Position numbers and translations under genes: made by a program
Notes under the pieces: generated by a model
The model's input: the letters and a program-made list of their open reading frames with translations, nothing else
What the model was told of the DNA's origin: nothing
Database searches by the model: none
Assembly (NCBI RefSeq): GCF_036365525.1
Contig: NC_090399.1
Location: 42,378,430 to 42,442,429, forward strand
Direction: 5' to 3'
DNA from: Heterodontus francisci
Taxonomy: Eukaryota
DNA: 64,000 bases
Part shown: positions 38,346 to 48,894 of the stretch, one piece after another
Layout: each line of letters begins with the position of its first letter
Position numbering within the stretch: the first letter of the stretch is position 1

Positions 38346-39350
38346 GTAAACTAAACCTTGTCCTAGGAGTGTGTTTAAACACCAACTCATAAGTTGTGCA
38401 ACCTGTTGTAGACTATGGGATTATTCTGTAAGAGAACAGAAAATAGTCTAGCCTGTGTCAAAGAGAAACATGGAAATTACTGCCTAGCTTGTCAACTATC
38501 AAATACTTCTGCAAAGACCTCGTCACAATTTGTACACTTCTTTCTGCAGCACCATTCGATGCTGGGTGATATGGTGGTTTTAGAGTGTGATTGACTCCAC
38601 ATTCTTACTCAGAAATATTTCAAACTCTTCTGACATAAACTGTGGACCATTATCTGACACCAATACCTCTGGCAACCCATAAATTGCAAAACAACTTCTC
38701 AAAACCTCAATACTTTTATTACTTGTGGTATTGGGGATGGACTCGACATTTATCCACTTGCTATAGCTATCGACCAAAACAAAATACTCTTTTCCTTCCA
38801 CTTCTAAGAAATCGACATGTACTTGTTCCCACGGTTTTCTTGTGTTTGACCATGGAACGAAAGGAACCTTGTTTGGATCATTTCTCATTCTGAGACACAC
38901 CACAACTTTTTACCAACTCTTCAATATCTCGATCTACCTTTGGAGACTAAAAATAGCTTCTTGCTACTGTTTTCATCTGGACTATCTCTGTGTGCTCTTG
39001 ATGAAGTTCCTCTAACAATCTCTTTCTAAACCTTGGTGGAATAATGACTCTTAAATCCCATAGGAAACAGCCTTGATCTACACTCAGTTCATTTCTACGT
39101 GTGAAATACTCCTGCAATTTCTCATCATCACACTCTTTAGACCAGACATTCATGACATAATTGAACACTTTACTGAGCACCACATCCTTGTGAGGTTCTT
39201 CACTAATTTTTCAGGTTTTAATTTAAGTTTTGTTTCATTTCCCTGTTTGAACAAATATATTTATTTATACTACACATAACAGGGGCCTGGAGAATAAAGG
39301 CTCCCTCGACAACTAAAAAAGAGATACATCGTCAAGCTCCCTGTACACTT
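38345..39350 (-). mobile_element. Gypsy/Ty3 pol fragment (integrase), copy 1
   Basis: LEELHQEH...ARSYF, PWEQVHVDF, LVSDNGPQF, HPASNGAAE. Confidence 0.9.
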
Positions 39351-39844
39351 TGTTGACAAACACAGTGAGGAGGGATGGACAGGGAGAGAGAGAGGAGTGG
39401 AGAGAGGGGAAGGGGCAAGAGAGGGAGGGAAACAGGGAATGGGAGAGAGAGAGTGTGTGTAGGATAGAGATTAGGATGGAGAGATGGTGAGGGAGGGTGG
39501 TGAGTGAGGGTGAGAGATGGATTGGGTAGAGTGGGAGAAGGTAAAGGGTGAGATGGAGGGGGGGACAGGGACTGGGTGAGGGAGGATGTAGGGAGTGAGG
39601 GAATCGAGAGAAAGAGGGGAGGGAGGTGGGAAAGGGGAGAGGGATGGGGAGACAGGGAGAGAGTGTGGGTTGGCGAGAGGCATGGGGATGACAGAGAGTG
39701 TGGGGAGGGGAGAGCGAGTCAAATAGAAAGAAAGAGGGTGACTGAAAGACCAAATGAGAGTGTAAGTGAGAGGGGGAGGGGGAGGGTGTAGAGGGAGGTG
39801 TGGCAGAGAAAGAGTGGGGAAAGAGAGATTGACAGCATGAGAGA

Positions 39845-40183
39845 TGGCACAGTGGCGCAGTGGTTAGCACCGCAGCCTCACAGCTCCAGCGACCCGGGTT
39901 CAATTCTGGGTACTGCCTGTGTGGAGTTTGCAAGTTCTCCCTGTGTCTGCGTGGGTTTCCTCCGGGTGCTCCGGTTTCCTCCCACATGCCAAAGACTTGC
40001 AGGTTGATAGGTTAATTGGCCATTATAAATTGCCCCTAGTATAGGTAGGTGGTAGGGAAATATAGGGACAGGTGGGGATGTGGTAGGAATATGGGATTAG
40101 TGTAGGATTAGTAAAAATGGGTGGTTGATGTTCGGCACAGACTCGGTGGGCCGAAGGGCCTGTTTCAGTGCTGTATCTCTAAA
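39845..40183 (+). mobile_element. HE1-like V-SINE, full length
   Basis: ggcacagtggcgcagtggttagcacc (A box) ... gggttcaattc (B box), V-core, tail cctgtttcagtgctgtatctct. Confidence 0.93.
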
Positions 40184-40321
40184 AACTAAAAGAAAGTGAG
40201 AGCAAATGACAGACAAAGCGAGAGATGAAGAGGGAAACAGAGACAGAGATATAGGGAAAGAGAGAGAGAAAACAAGAGACTGAAAGAGAATGTGAGAGCC
40301 TGTATCAAAGAGAAAGATGGA

Positions 40322-40905
40322 GACATGGAAATTACTGCCTAACTTGTCACCTAGCAAATACATCTGCAAAGACCTCTTCACAATTTGTACACTTCTTTCT
40401 GCAGCACCATTTGATGCTGGGTGATATGGTGATATTAGAGTGTGTTTGACTCCATTCTTACTCAGAAATATTTCAAACTCTTCTGACATAAACTGTGGAC
40501 CATTATCTGACACCAACACCTCTGGCAACCCATAAATTACAAAACAACTTCTCAAAAACTCAATAGTTTTAGTACTTGTGGTATTGAGCATAGAGTCAAC
40601 ATTTATCCACTTGCTATAGCTATCGACCAAAACAAAATACTCTTTCCCTTCCACTTCAAAGAAATCAACATGTACTTGTTCCCATGGTTTTCTTGTGTTT
40701 GATCATGGAATGAAAGGAACCTTGGTTGGATTATTTCTCATTCTGAGACACACTTCACAACTTTTCACCAACTCTTCAATATCTCGATCTACCTTTGAAG
40801 ACAAAACTAGCTTCTTACTACTGCTTTCATACGGACTATCCCCGTGTGCTCTTGATGAAGTTCCACTTACAATCTTTCTCTAAATCTTGGTGGAATAATA
40901 GATCT
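40322..40905 (-). mobile_element. Gypsy integrase fragment, copy 2
   Basis: YFVLVDSYSKW...LVSDNGPQF...PYHPASNGAAERSVQ; closely similar to 38465-39050. Confidence 0.9.
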
Positions 40906-41224
40906 TAAAGACAAAAAAAGACACACACTGTGTAGCAGGGTGCGAGAGAGGGTGAGAAAGTGACATTAGGAGTTATATAAAGATAAAGTGGGAATGGGAG
41001 GGAGAGAGAGTGTGTGTAGGATAGGGATTGGGACAGAGAGATGGTGAGGGAGGGTGGTGAGTGAGGGTGAGAGATGGATTGGGTAGAGTGGGAAAAGGTA
41101 AAGGGTGAGATGGAGGGGGGGACAGGGACTGGGTGAGGGAGGATGTAGGGAGTGAGAGAGTCGAGAGAAAGAGGGGAGGGAGGTGGGAAAGGGGAGAGGG
41201 ATGGGGAGACAGGGAGAGAGGTTA

Positions 41225-42300
41225 TAAGGTTATCTTTATATAACTCCTTTAATCTTAGAAACTTCCCAAGGTGCTTCACACAAGCAGTATAAAGCAAGAT
41301 TTGATAAAAGCCACATAAGGTGATATTATAATGTAGAAATGTGGTTTAAGAGGGTCTTTAAGGAGACAGGGCAAGAGGCAGAGATGTTTGAGAGGAAATG
41401 CTAGAGCTTAGGGCCCAGGCAGCTGAAGGCACGGCTGCCAATGGTGGAGCGATTAAAATCAGGGAAGATTAACAAGACAGAATTAGAGGAGCGTAGAGAT
41501 CTCAGAGGTTTGTAGGGCTTTATGAGATTACAGAGATAGGCAGGGGTGTAGTGGCTTGAGTAGGTTACAGAGATAGCTTGGGGCATTGGGGCTGGAGTAG
41601 GTTAGAGATAAGTAGGAGTGTCGGGGCTGGAGGAGGTTACAGAGATAGGGAGGGGTGTAGGGGCTGGTCGAGGTTACAGAGATAGGGAGGGGTGTAGGGG
41701 ATGTGTTTTCCAACTATGTTGCTGTGGGGCAGCATGTAGGGGACAAATATGAGGGGCCAAGGATAGATCCTGGGGGACACCAGAGGTAATGGTGTGGGAG
41801 CAGGAAGAGAAGCCATTGTAAGTGATTCTCTGACTCTGATTAGATAGATAAGCATGAAACCAGGTGAGAGCAGTCCCACCCAGCTGGACGACAGTGCAGA
41901 GGTGTTGGAGGAGGATGGTGTGGTCAACCATGTCAAAGACTGCAGACAGGTCGAAAAGGACGAGGAGGGAAAGTTTACCTTTGTCACAGTCACATAGGAT
42001 GTCATTTGTGACTTTGATAAGAGCTGTTTCAGTATGGTGACAGGGGCAGAAACCTGATTGGAGGATTCAAACATGGTGTTCTGGGAAAGATGACCATGGA
42101 TTTGGGAGGTGACAACACGTTCAAGGACTTTGGAGAGGAAAGGGAGTTTGGAGATGGCGCGTTAGTTTGTAAGACAGAGCGGGACAAGGGCTGTTTTTTT
42201 TTTTAGGAGAAGGATGATAACTGGAGATTTGAAAGGGAGTGGGATAGAACTTGAGGAGAGGGAACAGTTAACAATATCAACTCATATGGTAGCCAGGAAA
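41225..42300 (-). mobile_element. L2-clade LINE fragment with internal ~33-bp repeats
   Basis: MVDHTILLQHL...ALTWFHAYLS...GVPQ; PLRSLRSS...GSRAFSCLGPKL. Confidence 0.82.
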
Positions 42301-43801
42301 GGACTCAGCCCCGTCCATCTGAGCACCGCAAAGCTGAGGCCCCGGGGCTGTCGGCTCCTGTGCCGAGCCCGACCCCACTCCCTATCCTAGTCCCTCGGCT
42401 GGGCTTGTCCTGACACAAACCTCCCACACCCAACACCGTCTGACTCGGAGAAAGAGGAAGAAAGAGAGACGGCAGTGACCAGATGGTGGGAATGGAAGGG
42501 AGACGGACTCAAATAAAGTGTCTCCAGAAAAATAATCAATTCACATGAGAAGATTTCCAGCATCTGCAGCATTTTGAATTTTGTAAGAACATTTTTGTTT
42601 TCTGAGCAGATGTGAGGAGCTGAGAATCGAACCAATGGAGGTGGAGGAGAGACTGTGGCTGCTGTTTCTCCTCCTGTCCTGCAGGGGGTGGTGTTAGTCT
42701 CTTCCAGCCCCCACTCCCACCGCTGGGGGTATTTTCACATCCCCAGTGATTCCTGCTGTCATTCAGTTGATGGAAGTCTGGGGATAAATTTTCCATTTAT
42801 GGACTGGAAACATTGGGACCTGCCCCTGGGCTGCTCTCAGTTGTTTTGTTTATTCATTAATTGAATAATTGATGTAACTGGATATTTCACCGCGATCTTG
42901 ACCTGCTCTCTGAACTTGGACTGAGTTGCCCCATCAATAAATGTGTTTGTGCAGCAACTTAATGTCAGCAGCATATATTCGAATAACTGAAATATATATT
43001 CAGAATCGGTGTAATCCGTGTTCTGTTCCTGTAATGTTATAAGAATTCTGAAAAAAACACCAACCACAGAAGTATGAAGTTGCCGGATATGCTGAAGAGT
43101 AAAATCACAGACTTCCTTCTGCTCTCCATCTCTGGGTCACTGTGATTCTCTCCCTTGCTCTGACCCCTCAGTCCCTTACGGACTCGACTGGCCACTAAAA
43201 TGTATCTGACTGTCAGAGCGTTGAGCAACAGGATTAAAGCGAATGGGATCGATGGGGTTAAGACTATACTAAACAAGGCAAATCCCACCCATCCAGGATC
43301 AGTAAAATAGCTTGGCTTTGCAAACCAGAACCACGGTAGATTGTCGATTATCTCTCCAGGTTCATATATAAAGTAGAAGGGGACATTTTTTAAAACTGAG
43401 CAGAATACAGGTTGTTGCTAGAACCACAGCCGCAGTTTTCTTGGTGCAATATTTTGTTTTCAGCTTCTGGCAACAAATGGCCACAAATCGATCAAAGGTG
43501 AAAGTGACGGTGAACCAGACAGAACAGTCTATGGCTGCACAAAGCAGGAGAAGGATAACACTACACACAGGAATGATCCCTGGAAATAATAATAAATGAT
43601 CCGCCACAGTATGACCTCAGTGATAATGACCAGTAGATCCGCCGTTGCCATGGCCACCAGGTAGCCAGTGGTGCAGGTGGAGAGGCCGCACTTTCCCCGG
43701 GACAGGATCACAATCGCCAGTAAATTAACTGTAACAGAGAGAAGGGAAAAGAGACAGGAAATTACTGATCAAACATTCTCCGTGTCTGACCCAGACAGTA
43801 A

Positions 43802-44455
43802 GGGCAGGATTTTAGCACAAAAACAGGGGTCAGAGGTTAAAATATAGAAATCTTAACCCTGATCCCAACTGACCTCCAACCTGCCCACCTCCAGATCGGA
43901 CTTCACCCCTCCGTGGGATCTCACCCTACCACTCCCTGGAGTCAGACACCACCATCACTAGGACCATAACTCCCTGGGATCAGAGTCTCCTCCTTGGATG
44001 GGACTCCCCTACAGGCTCGGACCCGCTCTACCAGGATCAAACCACCTTCCCGTGTTCGGAAGCCCCCGAAAAATCAGGTTTCATCGTGTCTTGGATCAGT
44101 CACTCCCCTCGTCCTCCCCCGACTTGGACCACACTGTAGGAGAGGAGACCACTCCCCGGTGTTGAGGATCGACAGACCAGTGATCGGAGATGGCACCCCT
44201 CTCTCCCCCTCTGGAGATGGTGATTGGACACCCCCCGATATCAGGCATCTCCCCAAAACACCGGAGTCAGCATTTGGACCGCCCTGGTCTTGAGGCCTGC
44301 TCCAGAGTCCGCCCTGCCCGACTGGAGGCCAAGCCTGTCAATCAGGCTGACTTCAGGGTGGGGAACCTGTCAAGGATAAAAGAGGCAGTCTGTGGAGTTA
44401 AAACTCTGAAACTCTGCTCCCCACCTATGTCACTCACCCCTGTTAATATCCAGGA
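43802..44455. mobile_element. Possible non-autonomous DNA element (MITE-like)
   Basis: Imperfect inverted ends ggattttagca / tgttaatatcc; degenerate internal gga...actccc repeats. Confidence 0.3.
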
Positions 44456-44469
44456 ATAAACATTGGCGT

Positions 44470-45650
44470 AAAAACAAAATACTGAAACTGCTGTAAATCT
44501 GATAAAAATAGGAGAATATTGAAAAAACTCAGCAGGTCAGGCAGCATCTGTGGAGAGAGAAACAGAGTTAATGTTTCAGGCTGATGGGCTTTCATCAGAA
44601 CTGGAAGATATTAGAGATTAACAGTTTTAAAACAATCATGTAGTCAGTGAAAAGTCGGGTATAGGGGGAGGAAAGAACAAAAGGGAAGGTCTGTGATCGG
44701 GTGGAGGGCAGGAGTGATTCAATGATAAAAGGGATGATGGTGCAAGGTGAATGGGACAATTAAAGAAACAGAGGATGGGTCCAGAGGAGGTGTAAATGGT
44801 TACAGCAGAATAACAGAGGAGAAGGTTCCAGGGGCCGGGAAAAGTGATGGAGAATGGTGGGTAGACTCCAGGGGTGTGGACCAGCCTGCCAGCTGTGTAC
44901 TAATAAGGGATCCTCACCCCAAGCACCAGCCCACACCCCCTCCACTCCCAGTGACTCTGGTGTAGCCATCTTCCATTACCAGAACAGGCCGTCACAGAAA
45001 GTGGGGCCAACGGTTATAATCTGAAGTTTTTCATCTCAATGCTGAGTCTGAGAGGCAATAAGATCGCAAATTGAAAAATCCAGTGCTGTTCCTCATTGAA
45101 GTTCATTGGAAGGGTGTAGGTGGTTGGAGATAGAGAGGTCAGAGTGGGAGTGGGATGTAGAATTAAAATGACAAGTGACCAGAAGCTCAGGGTCACACTT
45201 GCAGACTGAACAGAGGAGCTCAGCAAAGCAATCACTCAATCTGTGTTTGCTCCTCTCCCAATGTCCAGGAGATTCCATCGTGAGCAGTGAATACTGTTAA
45301 TAAATTGAAAGAAGTCCAAGTAAATCACTGTTTCACCTGGAAGGAATGTTTGGGGCCTTGGACAGTGGGATTGGAGGAGGTAAAAGGGCAGGTGTTACAT
45401 CTCCTGTGCTTGCACGGGAAGATGCCTGGGGAAGAGGAGCTGATGTTGGGGGTGAATTAGGAGTGAATCACAATGAATGGGGGGAAGGGAGGGGAGCAGA
45501 ATATATGTTTGGTGTTGGACTTAGCTGGATGTGGCAAAAATGTTGGAGGACGATCTGTTGAATGTGGAAGCTGGTGGGGTGGAAGGTGAGGATAAGGGGA
45601 ACCTTATTATGGTTCTGGCAGAGAAGTGGGGGGGGGGGGGGTGCGGGGTG
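44470..45650 (-). mobile_element. Old Penelope-like element fragments
   Basis: pLTR-type end at 44470-44605; GIY-YIG remnant (HRLSDCFAE...CDPELLVTCHFN). Confidence 0.8.
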
Positions 45651-45654
45651 CAGA

Positions 45655-46145
45655 AAGATCCAATTGAGAGTAGAGTTATTACAGAGGAAGAACGTAATAA
45701 AATACCTGAAGATATTGATAATAACAAATAAACTTGCACAATGGAAATTTAAATAGTAAATGAATTTGAGTCGAGCTAAATGTGAGGTGCTGAATTTTGG
45801 TCAGAAGAATAAGGTTCCCCAATATACCTTGGAAAATAAGCATCTGAAATGGGGTCAAGGGGACAGGGGTTCAGGAGGACAGATTCCCAAATCATTTTTC
45901 ACAAATCATTTAAAGTAGCAACACAGGTTAACAGGGTCATAAAAATACAAACAAAGCACTGGAGTTCATTTCTAGAGGAATGGAATTGAAAAAGCAAAGA
46001 GCTGATATTAAACCAATTTTGAACCTTAGTTATACAACACTTAGCCTATTGTGTACAGTTCTGGTCTCCATATTACAAAAAGAATATTGATGCACTGGAG
46101 AAGTTGCAATTATTATAACCAGAGTGATACCAGAACTGAGAGAAG
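45655..46145 (+). mobile_element. Old CR1 RT fragment
   Basis: tgtgaggtgctgaattttgg; cagttctggtctcca; gcactggagaag. Confidence 0.7.
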
Positions 46146-46614
46146 TGTAGTATTTATTTAATCATTAACAGTTTACTAATGTTATTATTTACTTCTCTCC
46201 ATCTGATGTCTGGAAAATGAAACCCTGATATATCTGTTCCTCAGTTATAGGTGTCTCTCCTCACAGGGACACACCTCACTGAGCTAAGGGCAGAGATTGG
46301 TAGAGGTTACATATGTCGAGACTCTGAATCATAGATAAGAATTGATCCGTCAAACCATAATCAGTTACAGAAGTGAATGATTCAATAAACACAGCCCAAT
46401 ATTCATCCTGTGTAATAGACAGATAATAAAATTCAACACTCATGACCCACAGATTCTCAGGACTATGTTGGGGAAAGGGATTAATCATCAATAAAATAAT
46501 TCAAGTGTTTACAGTAACTATACTCAGAATAAGAAAGTTCATTATACAGAGGATTAGAATGTTGTAACAGTGCTGTCCTGCTGTTTCACTGTCAGTAAGT
46601 AGTTAACATCTGTT

Positions 46615-48140
46615 TCTGAAATAAAAACATGAAATGCTGGAAATACTCAGCACGTCTGGCAGCATCTGTGGAGAGAGAAGCAGAGTTAATGTTTCAGGTC
46701 AGTGACCCTTCATCAGAACTGGTAAAGGTTAGAAATGTAATAGGTTTTAAGCAAATAAAGTGGAGGTGGGGCAAGAGATAACAAAAGAGAAAGCGTTGAT
46801 TGTGACCTTGTCCTGAGAATAACTGACCAGAAGGTCATGGAGCAAAGGCAAAGGAGTTAACGGTGTGCTGAAAGACAAAGCGTTAGTGCAGAGAGCGTGT
46901 TAATGGACAAAATAATGAACAGCCCTGGCCCAAAGCACAAACATGTAGAAAACAGTGGACAGGCGCATGGTAAGAAAAATGAACAATGAAAGAAACTAAA
47001 ATAAAATAAAATAAAATAAAATGGAAAAAAAGAAAAAAACTGAAAATTAAAAGGGAGCCCGTTATGCTCTGAAATTATTGAACTCAATGTTCAGTCCTGC
47101 ATGATATAGCGTGCCTAAATCAATAAATGAGCTGCTGTTCCTCGAGCTTGTGTTAATGTTCACTGGAACACTACAGCAAGCCCAGGACAGAGATGTGAGC
47201 ATGAGAGCAGGGGGGAGTGTTGAAATGGCAAGCAACTGGAAGCTCAGGGTCATGCTTGCGGACGGAGCGAAGGTGTTCCGCAAAGCGGTCACCCAATCTG
47301 CGTTTGGTCTCCCCAATGTAGAGGAGACCACATTGTGAGCAGCGAATACAGTATACTAAATTGAAAGTAGTACAAGTAAATCGCTGCTTCACCTGAAAGG
47401 CATGTTTGGGGCCTTGGATAGTGAGGAGAGAGGAAGTAAAATTAAAGGTATTACACCTCCTGTGATTGCAGGGGAAGGTGCCGTGGAAAGGGGACAAGGT
47501 GTCAGAGGTAATGAAGGAGTGAACCAGGGTGTTATGGAGGGAACGATCTCTTTGGAATGCCGACAGGGGAGGGAAGGGGAAGATGTGTTTGGTTGTGGCA
47601 TCACACTGGAGGTGGCGGAAATGGTGGAGGATGTGGAGGCTGGTGGGGTGGAAAGTGAGGACAAGGGGAACCCTGTCGTGGTTCTGGGAGGGAGGGGAAG
47701 GGGTGAGGGGAGGGGTGTGGAAAATGGGCCGGACACGGTTGAGGGTCCTGTCAACAACAGTGGGGGGAAATTCTCAGTTGAGGAAAAAGGAAGACATCAG
47801 AAGCGCTGATGTTGTGGAAGTTTGCATCATCAGAGCAGATGCGTCGGAGACGGAGAAACTGGGAGAATGGAATGGAGCCCTTACAGGAGGCAGGGTGTGA
47901 AGAAGTGTAGTCAAGGTAGCCGTGGGAGTTAGTGGGCTTATAATGAATATTAGTAGACAGCCTATCCCCAGAGATGGAGACAGAGAAGTCGAGGAAAGGA
48001 AGGGAAGGGAAGGGAAGTGTCAGAGATGGGCCATGGAAAGGTGAGAGAAGGGTGGAAACTGGAAGCAAAGTTGATAAAGTTTTCCAGTCCGGGACGGGAG
48101 CAGGAAACAGCACCGATACAGTCATCAATATACTGGAAAA
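46615..48140 (-). mobile_element. Penelope-like element (RT end, GIY-YIG endonuclease, pLTR)
   Basis: LPFLDFSV...YKPTNSHGYLDYTSSHP...SIPFSQFLRLRRICS; NLVYCIRCSQCGLLYIGETKRRLGDRFAEH. Confidence 0.95.
46686..46722 (-). ncRNA. Minimal type I hammerhead-ribozyme motif in Penelope pLTR (also 44566-44602 minus and 63082-63118 plus)
   Basis: agtt-CTGATGA-agggtcactgacct-GAAAC-att-aact: conserved core with stem I agtt/aact and a short stem II. Confidence 0.65.
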
Positions 48141-48569
48141 AGAGTCACTGAATAAAACCAGAGACCAGCTCGCACACAGATTTACACAACTTCAATGGCT
48201 ATAGTCACTTACCAGGAACACCAATGACAGCAAGAATTGGGTAATATATTTTCATGATACTGTCAATAGGAAGATACATTTTCTGTGTGAAGTGATGTGT
48301 CCCTTTGTACTGCAGACAATCTCTCTGTATTAAACTCTGAGGCGACATTTTTCAAACTTTTTTTTAATTGAACAGATACATCAAGTTCAGTCCGTGTATA
48401 TTTATATTTTTGATTTCTGAGATTGAATTGGAAAACTCCAAAGACTGGACAATTCTGATCACATTAAATAACTAATGAAAATTTGAAGCTGTATTCTCCA
48501 GCAATGAGGTTGTTCTTTCAAACACCATCAGTCCCATCTCTAGATCTCATGTTGTTTCAGTGATGTCCT

Positions 48570-48731
48570 TCACTCGACTGTGGTTCGGGTGGTGAAGAGC
48601 AGATTGTGGCCATTGTCCATCTGGGCCTTGAGCTGCAGGCTCTCATTGTAAAGCACAGTGAACTGGGACTGCAGGCAGTGACACTCTGGGGAGTCCTTCA
48701 CCATCTCACTGGCAAGAGTCTTCAGCTGTTC
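48570..48731 (-). pseudogene. Orphan exon of an RNF20/BRE1A-like E3 ubiquitin ligase
   Basis: ctccctag|[53 protein letters not shown]; resembles RNF20 as I recall it ([36 protein letters not shown]). Confidence 0.8.
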
Positions 48732-48894
48732 CTAGGGAGGGGAGAGTGGGGAGGAGACACAGGACAAGGACAGGGTTAACCAGAGAGAGAGAGATTCACT
48801 GTCCTACACCTTGCCTGCCCAGAGTAAACACAGGAACAGGAGGAGGCCACTCAGCCCCTCAAGCCTGTTACAGAGTGTTAGGAAATCGTACGAA

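Larger units (their letters stand above)
42837..48279 (-). pseudogene. GPR139/GPR142-like class A GPCR pseudogene, 2 coding exons (48279-48213; 43728-42837)
   Basis: Exon 1 MYLPIDSIMKIYYPILAVIGVP-G|GTAAGT; acceptor ttacag|TT; exon 2 NLLAIVILSRGKCGLS...YLVAMATADLL, FTFDRFVAIC, LNALTVRYIL, RRKSVILLF, LSCCTNTFIDG...SKFR. At least 3 frameshifts. Confidence 0.92.

Noticed and set aside
39845-39915. SINE heads as functional tRNA genes
   Set aside because: A and B boxes are present but run directly into the V-SINE core and LINE-derived tail.
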